Assembly (NCBI GenBank): GCA_964503085.1
Contig: CAZCYQ010000012.1
Location: 2,821 to 66,820, forward strand
Origin: an uncultured Rhodothermaceae bacterium
Lineage (GTDB): Bacteria > Bacteroidota > Rhodothermia > Rhodothermales > Bin80
DNA: 64,000 nt
Reading direction: 5' to 3'
The notes beneath the pieces are model-generated. The model was not told the DNA's origin. It searched no databases and saw only the letters and a list, made by a program, of their open reading frames with translations. Position 1 is the stretch's first letter, and each line of letters starts with the position of its first letter. This document shows, in pieces, positions 45,385-56,264 of the stretch. A program made the position numbers and the translations under genes.

Positions 45385-46985
45385 CAGCCTTTAACGAATC
45401 GTACGTGCAGACTGCGTGCGTTGTTGGCTTCAAAATGTGTCACCGTCCCTGTGGTCTTATCCGTCCCCATACGGATGACGGGCGCGAACCAGGTGTTACC
45501 CACAAAGACATGGTCAGCCGTCTTTGTTAATGTGATCTTTTTGCCACGGGGGTCACTTGCAACCAGTACAGTATCCCGCGCATTCACTGAGTAGGATATG
45601 CCAAGCTCTTCGCTTGTGTAGCATCCTTCATACATAGACAGCGTCGTGTCCTCTGATGGTGACAGGCGTGCGGCATTTAATCCCCGTGTGGACGCATTTA
45701 CGACTGAACCCGAAGAATCGCGCGTGAATGAGATAGTCAGATTGAGTGCTGGAACGCGGAGGGAGTCTACACCAATTGGTTGAACAGGTACTGGTCCGGC
45801 AGGTGGCCAGTAAGCTGAAAGTAATTCCCCTTTGAGAATTAACTGCAGAACGGATGCTTTTCCGAAGTCATAAACCCCCGTGTAGTCGCTTAATGGAGGC
45901 ACATCGTCCGCAGTGACAGGAGGTGGGACTGGTAGGGACATGAATGCATCCAGGTAGTGCTCTGTGACACGCTGTGCCATGGTGGAAGCGTTCATAATGG
46001 CCGAATTGCTAAGCACAATGGCGGTGAACTCATGGTCGGGTATTCGCAGGATTACCGTCCGAAAACCGGCCCATCCGCCCGTATGCGAGATTGTATTCAA
46101 CCCCCTGTAAGTCCCTCTGACAAGCCCGAAGCCATACGGAATTTCAGACCCATCGCCTAACTGTCCCTGCGAATTCATCATGGCATGTACCGCGGGGGAT
46201 CCTATTCTCTGATCTTCAAAGTTTTGCACCCATTTCAGAAGGTCCTCGGTCGTCGTGTGCAAAGAACTTGATCCGAGGGCCATGAGGCCGTTACCAATTC
46301 GCTGAATTTCACCGAATTGCGAGGAGTAGCTGACTACGCGCCCGGGTACGATTTCTTCGTGATCGTCCTGAAAATGCGTCTGTGTCATATCAAGCGGTGC
46401 AAATATCCTTTCCTCCGTGAATGTTCGGAAGGATTGCCCGCTCAAACGCTCGATCAGCAATGCCAGGATAGTGTAGCCTGTATTGGAGTAACTATACTGA
46501 GTTCCAGGGACAAAATTCAACGTGCGCTGGTGCTTGATAAAAGTGGTGATTTCTTCCATGGAGATCACATCCTCCATGTTACGTCCTGCCATTGCAAGCA
46601 TTCCTGGCCAATCTCGAAGCCCGCTGGTATGATGAAGGAGATGCCGAATGGTGATTGTATGTCCAAAATCCGGCAACTCTGGCATATGCGTTCGGATATC
46701 GTCGTCAAGTGCAATCCTCCCTTCATCAACGAGAAGGGCAATAGCAAATGCACAGAATTGCTTTGAAACCGAAGCAACATCGAAAACGCTGGTTGACGTG
46801 ATAGGTATGCCGTGCTCTAGGTTCGCCATGCCATATCCCTCGTGATGCAGGACGGCCCCACGGTAGAGTACGGCTACTGCGGCCCCCGGACTTTCATTTG
46901 TATCCCAAGCCCGGAAAACCTTATCTACTTGGGCGTAGGCTGGTGTCTGTACAATGAGGAAAAGACAGAATAGTACACGAATCAT
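45381..46985 (-). CDS. Serine hydrolase, beta-lactamase (class C / PBP4*-like) family
   Basis: 534 aa with a signal peptide. Motifs SVSKQF (SxxK), YSNTGY (YxN) and HTGG. Confidence 0.8.
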   Translation of the reverse strand: MIRVLFCLFLIVQTPAYAQVDKVFRAWDTNESPGAAVAVLYRGAVLHHEGYGMANLEHGIPITSTSVFDVASVSKQFCAFAIALLVDEGRIALDDDIRTHMPELPDFGHTITIRHLLHHTSGLRDWPGMLAMAGRNMEDVISMEEITTFIKHQRTLNFVPGTQYSYSNTGYTILALLIERLSGQSFRTFTEERIFAPLDMTQTHFQDDHEEIVPGRVVSYSSQFGEIQRIGNGLMALGSSSLHTTTEDLLKWVQNFEDQRIGSPAVHAMMNSQGQLGDGSEIPYGFGLVRGTYRGLNTISHTGGWAGFRTVILRIPDHEFTAIVLSNSAIMNASTMAQRVTEHYLDAFMSLPVPPPVTADDVPPLSDYTGVYDFGKASVLQLILKGELLSAYWPPAGPVPVQPIGVDSLRVPALNLTISFTRDSSGSVVNASTRGLNAARLSPSEDTTLSMYEGCYTSEELGISYSVNARDTVLVASDPRGKKITLTKTADHVFVGNTWFAPVIRMGTDKTTGTVTHFEANNARSLHVRFVKGC

Positions 46986-48304
46986 TGATTCATTTTTTTA
47001 AACCAAACCTCTTGAGTGCGCCCAGAGGATGCGCTAAAACCGGCCAAGCTGTCCCCCTCCTGTTTGAATTCAAGCGCACTCAGGTACCATGCGTTGCTGT
47101 AAAAAGAGTTCAATCCAGTTCTTGACAGTGTTGCCAATCTGCCTCGGCGAGAGTGCAATCGCAACGTATCAGCTTCCATTGTGATGTATAGTGTACTGCC
47201 AAGTTCCTCGCTGTAGTAAGTGCCCTCGTACGCATTCAGGTGTTCATCGTCAATAAATAAAGCGGCAATATTCATTGCCATATCAGAGGGATTGAATTCT
47301 TCCAGATTACCAAGAACTACAATACCCAGATCGTATTCAGGGAAGCGACCGGCCCAGGCACGAAATCCGCGATGCGAGCCACTGTGCCCTATGGATCGTG
47401 TGCCTCTGAATTGTCCGTGGGTGAGGCCAAAGGCGTATGTTAGAGTGTCACCGTTTGTGAGTACGCCACGGGTGTGTGCCAAGTCACGTGTTTTCTCTCC
47501 ACCAATTGTGCCGTGCTGCAGCGCAGTCAGCCATTTCCCGAGGTCCAGTGCGGTTGTATACAACCCGCTTGCACCGACGCTGGAGTAATTTACCCGCTGT
47601 GCCTTATAGCCATTAGGTGCAGTGATATACCCGGATGCAACATCGGGGATCACTTTCCCATGCTCTGATCTGAAGTGGGATTTGGTCATCCCCAAGGGCA
47701 GGAACAAGCTGTCGCGTGTCCAATCACTGAATGACTGTCCACTCACACGTTCAATGATTTCCGCCATCAGCGTATAACCGGAATTGCTGTACAGATACTC
47801 TGTTCCTGGATCAAAATTGAGCGCACGTTGACGATAGATCAGCCGCAGGATATCGTCCTTCGTAATTACATCATCCATACGGTAACCGGCTAATGAGAGC
47901 AACCCAAATTCGTCACGCAGTCCACTCGTGTGGTGCACCAGGTGCTGTATAGTAATGGGGGGTGTGAATGCGTGTAGCTCGGGGGTGTAGTCTGTCACGG
48001 GGGCATTAAGCGAGATTTCGCCATGTGTTGCAAGAAGTGCAATACCATACGCTGTAAACTGTTTGGATACACTCGCCACCAGGAACACCGTTTCGGGGGT
48101 GATGGGGATATTATACTCGAGGTTGGCCATACCGTAGCCTTTCGCAAAGTGCACACTGTCTCCGCGCATGATCACGACAGCTGCACCGGGGACATCGGGT
48201 TTATCCATGGACGAGAACAGTGAGTCTACCTGGGTCTCCAGTGACTGACCGAGGGCAAGATGGCCGGAGGTCAGGAAGCATAGAATCAAAATCTTACGTA
48301 ACAT
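46982..48304 (-). CDS. Serine hydrolase, beta-lactamase family (tandem paralogue)
   Basis: 440 aa with a signal peptide. Motifs SVSKQF, YSNSGY and HSGS. Its stop overlaps the downstream paralogue's start. Confidence 0.8.
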   Translation of the reverse strand: MLRKILILCFLTSGHLALGQSLETQVDSLFSSMDKPDVPGAAVVIMRGDSVHFAKGYGMANLEYNIPITPETVFLVASVSKQFTAYGIALLATHGEISLNAPVTDYTPELHAFTPPITIQHLVHHTSGLRDEFGLLSLAGYRMDDVITKDDILRLIYRQRALNFDPGTEYLYSNSGYTLMAEIIERVSGQSFSDWTRDSLFLPLGMTKSHFRSEHGKVIPDVASGYITAPNGYKAQRVNYSSVGASGLYTTALDLGKWLTALQHGTIGGEKTRDLAHTRGVLTNGDTLTYAFGLTHGQFRGTRSIGHSGSHRGFRAWAGRFPEYDLGIVVLGNLEEFNPSDMAMNIAALFIDDEHLNAYEGTYYSEELGSTLYITMEADTLRLHSRRGRLATLSRTGLNSFYSNAWYLSALEFKQEGDSLAGFSASSGRTQEVWFKKMNQ

Positions 48305-48336
48305 TAGGGTTGCGTGGTAAAACTAAAATTTAACTC

Positions 48337-49254
48337 ATGTCGATGAAGTCTCAATACTCAGCTCAGCGGACGCGTAACCTTCTTAGTCTGTTTCTGGGCA
48401 CGATAATTTTTGCAGGTTCAGTTGCAGCACAGGATCCGCTTAGAATAATTGCCTTTGGTGGGCACCCAGATGATTGTGAGGTGCGTGCCGCCGGAGTTGC
48501 TGCTATGTGGGCCGCAATGGGGCATAAGGTAAAGTTTGTCTCGGTTACGAATGGTGATATCGGTCATTATGCTATGGCGGGAGGTCCACTAGCGCTTACC
48601 CGTAAGGCCGAGATTGAAGACTGTGGCAAGATACTGGGAATTGAGGAATCGATCATGCTTGACAATCATGATGGTGAGCTCATGCCCACATTGGAAAATC
48701 GCAAAACGATTGCGAGATTGATACGCGAATGGCAGGCCGATATTGTATTGGGGCCGCGTTCAAACGACTACCATCCAGACCACCGGTACACGGCAATACT
48801 TGTTCAGGATGCTGCTTTCATGGTTACGGTGCCATATTTCACGCCTACCGTTCCTCGCGTAGAAAAGAATCCTGTATTCCTGTATTACCATGATCGCTTC
48901 CAGCGGCCTTATCCATTTACTCCAGATATCGTTGTAGATATTGGTCCAGTAGGGGATCAGAAGTATGCTTGTATGGCGGCACTCAGGAGTCAGTTTTCTG
49001 ACTGGAATGCGTGGCTTGCCGGCTACCACGACGAAGTGCCTGAGGAAGAAGAAGCACGGAAAGCTTGGATACGTGAGCGCTTTGAGGCTAGAGATGCGAG
49101 CGTAGCCAACAACTACCGAGACCTGCTGATAGAGTATTACGGGACTGAACGCGGGAATGCTGTGGAGTTCGCTGAAGCATTTGAAGTTTCCGAGTACGGA
49201 AGTCAGCCAACTCGAGAACAACTAAAGGCGTTGTTTCCCTTTTTTGACGAATAG
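48337..49254 (+). CDS. PIG-L (LmbE-like) family deacetylase
   Basis: 305 aa with a signal peptide. Motifs FGGHPDDCE and DYHPDHR (metal ligands). Confidence 0.75.
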   Translation: MSMKSQYSAQRTRNLLSLFLGTIIFAGSVAAQDPLRIIAFGGHPDDCEVRAAGVAAMWAAMGHKVKFVSVTNGDIGHYAMAGGPLALTRKAEIEDCGKILGIEESIMLDNHDGELMPTLENRKTIARLIREWQADIVLGPRSNDYHPDHRYTAILVQDAAFMVTVPYFTPTVPRVEKNPVFLYYHDRFQRPYPFTPDIVVDIGPVGDQKYACMAALRSQFSDWNAWLAGYHDEVPEEEEARKAWIRERFEARDASVANNYRDLLIEYYGTERGNAVEFAEAFEVSEYGSQPTREQLKALFPFFDE

Positions 49255-49637
49255 CTGCTGATGGATGCGGTCTGCACTGTGCGTGTCGATGGACAAAGCA
49301 CAAGTTCCTCTGTATCGCAAATGAGGGTTGACTAAAGACTTCCGTCAGTGCGGTCGATGAAATTAGGGGGAATTAGCGTGATAGGTACATCAATCCTGTG
49401 CAGAAGGAGACCCGCTATTTACCCGTTTTTTCTGAACTCAGTTTTGACGGAAGCCATCGGGATGAGGGTTATCCCGCTGGTTGATTTCCATGTAATCCAC
49501 TCATTAGGATAAGTAACGGGTGCTTTGTTCCGTTGTATTTAGGGGATGGCAATGGTGGAGGTACTGGCTGAACAAATATGAGTTGTCGAACAGTATCGGG
49601 CTCATCACGGGGGATGATTGCTCGAGAATTCCGAGTG

Positions 49638-51089
49638 CTAACGAGACGTGAACAACCGCTCCGACCTTATCGGGAGTGGCAGGGTATCGTCAATCCGGCT
49701 AAGGGGGGCGCCCTCCCATTCCAGTTTGACGTCACTCATCATTTCCCGCATACCTGGTTTTCCTTGAGCTTTCAGGAATGCATCAAGCAGCGCGGGCCCA
49801 TCGGACTTTAGCAGGATCATTGCACCGTTCTGGCGCAGATACAAATCTGGGGTCACATTCCCATCACGGTCCATGGCGCCAAAGTATCCGAGTGGACCTG
49901 TAGCCTCGGCAACGGTCGCAAATAATCCAATCCACCCGCGAACAGTTTTCCGCTCGTCCGAATCTTCATCAAACAGTTTGAGGGCAATGGCGAGTGCATC
50001 AACGTTCACAACAGTTTCCTGAGTACTTTGCAAGCGCTGGCGGGCTGAGAGACGGGCCAGTCCGTTGTCTCGCAGGAATCCCCCCTTATAGGGTCCCGCT
50101 GAATAGATTCCTGGTACTCGATCAAACACAGCAGCGTCCAGATAGGAGTACAGTGCATTATACAGGCCATTGTACAGTGATGGTGGAATGGCTTCACGCT
50201 CAAGCGTTAGCAGTGCATGAAAAAATTGAAAAGCACTGCCATTCTTGGCAAGAGGAGTCTGAATAGTATGTACGCCCGTAGTTGAAGCTTGGTGCTGGCC
50301 CATGTATTTTTGTTGTTCCGCGATCATACTGTGCCAAGAGGTTCGCCCAGCGTTGGCGTCTGGTACCTGAGATGTACCACCGATGATGTAGGACAATACG
50401 AAGGCTACACTTGCGTAATAGCCGCCAAAAAGCAGGTCCATGTATGTGGGGCTGAGACCAAAGACAGTTGCGTCTGCATCAAACGGAAGGAACCCCTGCC
50501 CTTGTGCGAGAGCTTGATTGTAGCCGGTTTTTTGTTTCTCCAGGAAAGTCAGAGCCTTATCCGCGGTGGATGTTCCATTGAATCGCTGTGCAGCCATGGC
50601 CACACGTGCAGCCAAGACAGCATTTTCCACAATCGAATACCGGGTTGTGGCCGGTGTGGCCATACCGTCTGCGATTTTAAGGCGCGGGATCATGTTGCGG
50701 TAATTCCTCGGCGGCCGATCGGATATCTGTGCCGCGAGTATCTGTGTAAGGAGGGCATCCACTTCATCCACCCGCAGCGGCTCGTCCACCAGGTGCTGAA
50801 GGCGATAAGCTATTGCAAGGGGATCGGTTTCGGCGGAGGGTGAGCCATTTTTGATTGCCCTGATGGGCAGCTTGGTTGTAGGGTCAATGCCTTGGTTGTA
50901 GTAGCGCCTATTGAACGAGATGAATTCATCCTCGTTGATTTCCGGGCCGTCGAAAAGCGGTGCGGGTTCGTCTAATCCCAAATCTGTACAGCCAGCCGCA
51001 AGGACGCTCCCACAGACTGAGAGTTTCAGGAAATCACGTCTTGAAAAATGGCTTTTTGGTTGCATTGGCCGTACGAAGCCCCAGAGCAA
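49638..51089 (-). CDS. Hypothetical Tat/lipoprotein-signal protein
   Basis: 483 aa. The N-terminus is SRRDFLKLSVCGSVLAAGC. The protein is helix-rich and could be an alpha/alpha-barrel glycoside-hydrolase-like fold, but I cannot support a family call. The start may be the Met at 51065. Confidence 0.45.
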   Translation of the reverse strand: MLWGFVRPMQPKSHFSRRDFLKLSVCGSVLAAGCTDLGLDEPAPLFDGPEINEDEFISFNRRYYNQGIDPTTKLPIRAIKNGSPSAETDPLAIAYRLQHLVDEPLRVDEVDALLTQILAAQISDRPPRNYRNMIPRLKIADGMATPATTRYSIVENAVLAARVAMAAQRFNGTSTADKALTFLEKQKTGYNQALAQGQGFLPFDADATVFGLSPTYMDLLFGGYYASVAFVLSYIIGGTSQVPDANAGRTSWHSMIAEQQKYMGQHQASTTGVHTIQTPLAKNGSAFQFFHALLTLEREAIPPSLYNGLYNALYSYLDAAVFDRVPGIYSAGPYKGGFLRDNGLARLSARQRLQSTQETVVNVDALAIALKLFDEDSDERKTVRGWIGLFATVAEATGPLGYFGAMDRDGNVTPDLYLRQNGAMILLKSDGPALLDAFLKAQGKPGMREMMSDVKLEWEGAPLSRIDDTLPLPIRSERLFTSR

Positions 51090-51442
51090 AAAGATCAGTC
51101 AACGAAACTTGCGATAAGCAACTCAATGACCTCTAGTTGGCTGCTGTATCTCGAATGACTAAGGTACATGCAGTCGGGATTATAGAAGTGACAGGTGCAA
51201 TGTTCATGTCCGGCGTTAAAGAGGCAATTGTCACCCATCCGAACCACTGGAAGCATCACAGGATCAAAGATAAGAGGTACGTTACTCGAGAATATCCTCA
51301 TTGCCTGTGGTCTTTGTTGGACAGGCGCGTACAATAATGATCGCAGTGAGGCCTATATTGGGCCGCAGGGGTAGTTCCGATGAATATCACAGTCGGTGCG
51401 AGCCTCAGACCGTTAAAGTTCGGACAATCAAACTAAGAGAAC

Positions 51443-52222
51443 GTGCAGTTAAAAAATAAGGCGATAATTATCACGGGCTCAGCAGGTGGTATAGGTCGAG
51501 CCATCGCGCTTGCTTGCGTCCGGGAGGGTGCACGGGTGCTATTGGTGGATCGTAATGAGGAGGGCTTGCGTGAGACGAACGAGATAGTGGGGCAGCACAG
51601 CAGTGTGCATGTTGATGATCTTTTAGATACCGCATCTGCGCCCCGAATTGTTAAAGCGGCTGTGGATCGTTTCGGCGTGCTTCACGGGATAGTGAACAAT
51701 GCAGCGCTTTTAACAAGATCCAACATCGAAACCACCACTCCGGAGCTTCTTGCAAGGGTGTTTAATGTGAATGCCAGGGCTCCGATGCTACTGATCCAGG
51801 CAGGACTTAAGTACCTGACTGAAAATAAGGGGAGCGTCCTCAATATCGGGTCAGTCAATGCATACTGTGGAGAACTACCGCTGTTGGCTTATAGTATGTC
51901 CAAGGGTGCTTTGATGACTATGACGCGGAATTTGGGCGACAGCCTGCACGCGGAATACGGGATACGAGTGAATCAGATCAATCCCGGTTGGGTTCTGACC
52001 GACCACGAATTCGAGATAAAGGTGGCTGACGGGTTGCCGGAAGACTGGCCGAGTCGGATAGCGCGCAATATAGCTCCCTCAGGAGGATTGATTCCCCCTG
52101 AAACCATCGCTGCAGCTGCGGTTTACTGGCTGAGTGATCATTCCTGTCCGATAAGTGGCACAGTTATGGATTTAGAGCAATATCCTGTTATCGGGCGGAA
52201 TCCTGTCAAGGAGGTAGTGTGA
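51443..52222 (+). CDS. SDR-family oxidoreductase
   Basis: 259 aa with a GTG start. Motifs ITGSAGGIGRAIA, NNAA and YSMSKGA (YxxxK). Confidence 0.85.
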   Translation: MQLKNKAIIITGSAGGIGRAIALACVREGARVLLVDRNEEGLRETNEIVGQHSSVHVDDLLDTASAPRIVKAAVDRFGVLHGIVNNAALLTRSNIETTTPELLARVFNVNARAPMLLIQAGLKYLTENKGSVLNIGSVNAYCGELPLLAYSMSKGALMTMTRNLGDSLHAEYGIRVNQINPGWVLTDHEFEIKVADGLPEDWPSRIARNIAPSGGLIPPETIAAAAVYWLSDHSCPISGTVMDLEQYPVIGRNPVKEVV

Positions 52223-52688
52223 TTCACTATTGGTTCCCAGGACGGCCAGGGGGCGCATCCAAGTGCAGCCAAAGTGGACTTGATTGCCGTAGTGAGGATA
52301 TCCTGCTAGCCCCTTCATAGCCAAGAAGGTGTGTGATTATATTGAGTCGTAGACAGGAAAAATCTCAAGTGTCGTTAGTAAGACGAACAAGTCTCCCATA
52401 ATGGCATGGTAGCCACAAATACATGCATCGAAAAATCAGACAAGACTCAGGCGTGTTGATCCTCCGGTAATGTGCGGGAAAAGCAACTGTCTGGTGGGGA
52501 TTTGCAATGACCTAGCCGTTAGATTCCGTTTATCTGAGGCTGATCGATCTGAATTCAATTAGTACCTCCGGATCTCGTGGCAGGCATACGTCTAGAAGCA
52601 CATTTCCCGTCTTGTCCCTAAAATTCAGCTAAAGAAAGGAATGGCTCTTTTCATAAAGCGTTATGTATATTTAGACTAAATCTAAATA

Positions 52689-54857
52689 ATGATGCAATCT
52701 CAACACGATCGCCCCGCACTGGGACAAGTCTGGTTGGCATGCACGGCCTTGCTCTTGTACACAATGACGGCGACTGCACAGCATGCCCCGCCCGATTCCA
52801 GTCGTGTAGATTCGATCCGTACAATCCGGATGGATCCCTTGGTTGTGACAGCTACCCGATCCGAGAAAGTTCTCGAAGACGTAGCTGTACCCACGAGTGT
52901 AATTATGGCAGAGGTTATGGAGCGTGAAGGTGCTTCACGCCTAGGTGATGTATTGGCCTATCAGATGGGAATGGCCTTGTTTGATGATCACGGCACTGGG
53001 CTGCAGGTACAGGGATTCGCATCGGATTATACCCTCATTTTACTTAACGGGGAGCCGGTGATTGGCCGTACTGCCGGCACACTTGACGTAGATCGAATTA
53101 CTGTGAAAGGCCTGAGTCATCTGGAAATCGTGCGTGGTCCATCCTCGTCGCTCTACGGGAGTGAAGCCCTGGCTGGGGTTGTCAATTTGATTACTGCACC
53201 GCCTGCGGAAGGCATGGAAGGGGCCGCGAGCTTTCGTATTGGCTCCCACTCCACCTCGGACATGGCATTTCAAATAGAAGGTGGACGTGAGCACGCGGGA
53301 GTGCGACTAGTTATCAACCGGTACGCCTCGGATGGTTATGACTTAACCCCGGAAACCTATGGTCCGACGACTCCCTCCTTTGCCGATTGGACGGGGGATT
53401 TAAGGGGGCGCATGATCTTATCTGATCGTGTCCAGGTCAGACTGGGTGCTCGTGGGACCATCCAAAACCAGGAGAGTGCATTTGCCTCGCAGAATAGTGA
53501 ATTGATTACGAATCGCTATAACGATGAGGGTAGAAGATTTGAGTGGAGTCTCCATCCAGAAGTTGAAGTTCAGCTTAATGATAAAATCCGACTCAACACG
53601 ACGCTATACGGTACTAGCTACCAGACCGAGACCAATCATCGACGCCAAATAGACGGGTTTGTCAATTATGAAGACAAATTCGATCAGATGTACTCCAAAG
53701 CGGAGCTGCAGTTGGATATGCTTTGGGACACAAGGCATCTAACCAATCTGGGAGGTGGAGTGATTGGTGAACGGATTGGCGGAACCAGGTACGGGTCAAC
53801 CGGAACTGATCCAAGCCCGGAATCAACACAGGCCTATCTTTTCGCTCAGCATGAATGGCTGGCTTCTGGTAAGCTTCATTTCAATACAAGCCTTCGTTTC
53901 GATAATCATTCCGATTATGTCGCCAGGTTTACCCCAAAATTTGCTGTATTGGTTCGCCCGTCAAGTGGAGTACGCTTGCGCGCAAGTGTTGGCAGTGGTT
54001 TCAAGGCTCCGGCCTTTCGCCAACTTTATCTAGCTTTCACAAACCCGGCGGGGGGATATTCTGTCTTTGGCTCCTTGCCAATGAACGAAGGAATTACACG
54101 GCTGGAAGCCGAAGGGCAGATTGAACAAAGATTGTTTGATCTATCTCGGTTGGATCCCCTGAAGGCGGAAAGCTCTGTTGCATTCAATCTGGGTGGGTCC
54201 GTAGATCTATTTCCGTGGCTCACGGTTTAGGTCAACGTATTTCATAACAACGTTCGAGATCTCATTGAAACGCAGCCTGTTGCCCAGAAAACGAACGGAT
54301 CATTCGTATACGGAAATTTCAATCTAGCTCAGATCTACACTCGGGGAGTTGAATTTGAAGCGAGGGTCAATCCACAGTTGGAATGGCGAAGCTCAGTAGA
54401 TATCATTTTGGGGTATCAATTTCTTCAGGCCCGGGATCGCGAGGTTGTCACGGCGCTTAAAGAAGGCTCGGTATTCGGGCGTCTTCCAAATGGGCGAGAT
54501 TATCGGTTGGGTCTTGGTGATTACACGGGAATGTTCGGGCGTTCACCGCATTCAGCCTCGGTCCGTGCTGCCTATATCAACCTGGCCATTGGCCTGACAG
54601 CGAGTATTCAGGGGCGCTGGCGCAGCCGCTATGGATATCGGGATCTTGATGGCAATAACCTAGCCAATCGATCAGACGAATTTGTCCCAGCTTATGCCGT
54701 ATTTGGTGCGGCAGTAACCAAAACGGTTTCAGTTGTTCGGGCTTTTGAAGCAATTGTGCAGTTAGGCCTGGACAATGCTTTAGATCACACATATCCCACT
54801 TTGGTGCCCTCGCTTTCAGGGCGCCAAGGCTATGTATCACTCCAATTTAATTTCTAG
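52689..54857 (+). pseudogene. TonB-dependent receptor interrupted by a single in-frame TAG (54228-54230)
   Basis: ORFs 52689-54230 and 54378-54857 are in the same frame. The stretch between them reads through as VNVFHNNVRDLIETQPVAQK...TRGVEFEA, which are typical barrel strands. The plug motifs are DPLVVTATR and GSEALAGVVNLIT. The C-terminus is ...LQFNF. Confidence 0.8.
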
Positions 54858-54861
54858 ACTA

Positions 54862-55608
54862 ATGAATCGAATTTTACCCATGAAAGGGACTTCGGCCATT
54901 GTCCGGTACACCGGGCTAATTATGGTAGCGTTTTTGGTAGTCATCGGGGCATGCGATAGTAGCGAACCAGATATTGTACCGCTTGAGGTGCTTATAGCTG
55001 AGGATATTCCTGCTGACCCTGCCTCAGGCAGAGATTCGACAACAGGGCAGGCGATCTCAAACAACCTTTTTACCCTGTACGATCTTGATGAAAATCAGAT
55101 CGTGTTGTCCTCATCGGTAATTGATGCTGCGCAACGCCGTGCGGACTCCACCAGTACGGTTTGGGATATCGGCTTCAGGGGGACAACAATCATTTTTAAT
55201 GGAGGTGATAGCGGGCCTGGTCAGGCGCGAGCACAAATACTTGTACAGCTATTTGATGAAGTTGTGGAAGCTCCGGTCGATGGATATATCGCTGATGGTG
55301 AAAATTCTACATGTCCACAAATCCAGACACCGGCAGGGCCAGTGCCTGGGAGCACGCTGGCAATTTGTGCTGGTTCCGACAATGGATGGTATAATTACAA
55401 CTCGGAGGCAGGTCTCATCAGCCCAATTCCGGGGCGCACCATCGTGCTGAAAACTGCGACGGGCAACTATGCTGCTCTCCGAATTCTGAGTTATTACCTG
55501 GGGAGTCCCAATCCCCCAGATGCGGATGCACCATCACGCTATTACACATTTGAGTTCGTTCTGCAGACTGACGGTTCGCCCGACCTTCGAACTACGACCG
55601 GCAGTTAA
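54862..55608 (+). CDS. HmuY-like lipoprotein (receptor-associated, possible haem or ligand capture)
   Basis: Starts at MNRILPMKG, with lipobox VIGACDS. Motifs WDIGFRGTTIIFNGG and WYNYN...GRTIVLKTATGNYAALRILSYY are HmuY-type. It lies directly downstream of the TonB-dependent receptor. Confidence 0.55.
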   Translation: MNRILPMKGTSAIVRYTGLIMVAFLVVIGACDSSEPDIVPLEVLIAEDIPADPASGRDSTTGQAISNNLFTLYDLDENQIVLSSSVIDAAQRRADSTSTVWDIGFRGTTIIFNGGDSGPGQARAQILVQLFDEVVEAPVDGYIADGENSTCPQIQTPAGPVPGSTLAICAGSDNGWYNYNSEAGLISPIPGRTIVLKTATGNYAALRILSYYLGSPNPPDADAPSRYYTFEFVLQTDGSPDLRTTTGS

Positions 55609-56264
55609 TGAGCAGGATCTGTCCAGATGTGTATTGGAGAAGAACGGAGGTGTTAAGACGGTTTGAGGTGCTCTGTCAAGGCTGGCTGATCGTAGAAATG
55701 GTGAAGAAGTTCCTGTAAGACGGTAGACGGAGCCATCAAGGCAGACGCATCGGTGCAGGTCACAGCGGATGTACATTTCTGGGAGAAGGTTCGTCCGATG
55801 ATCTATGTGGAGGTGTACTTATACCACCTGCACCGGCTGCGTTGCCGAAACGGCTGAGCAAGTTTGCCTTCTGGTGCGCCGAGGAAGCGCAATCAGATGT
55901 AGCGGAGCCTCTGTACAATAAGCATCTGTTCGTGGTTTACAGCATTTACGGGGCGAAGAAGAACTCTGAACGTTCGCGCCGGGGGGGGTATTGGTTGCAA
56001 TGAATCTTACCACCGACGGTCCATCTCATTATGTGCAGTGCAAAGGCATCCAAACGGAGGTGGCGCAGCTACTGTATATAGGGTGGGCTCGTTGATGCAT
56101 TCTATGATGCTCATATGATTCTATGTAATGAGGACAGTCCATTCAACTCTGATCCGGGTAAACTCTGCTTCCAGGTGCAGTAGTCTAATAGACGGACTGG
56201 ATAAAGTACAGGGCACCTTAGTTGAATCTGAAAAATGACTGTACAGTTACATCCAGCGCCCAGA

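Noticed and set aside
51095-51337. Cys/His-containing 79-aa minus-strand ORF (…GHEHCTCHFYNPDC…) and an overlapping 66-aa plus-strand ORF
   Set aside because: Two ORFs of similar length on opposite strands cover the same DNA and neither has a recognisable motif. I cannot support either without conservation data.
52223-52688. Possible cobalamin or other riboswitch in the 466-nt leader of the TonB-dependent receptor
   Set aside because: I could not find a B12-box-like element or the conserved GGGAA...GGTG..AA..CC core. The HmuY-like partner also points away from cobalamin. A covariance-model scan would settle it.
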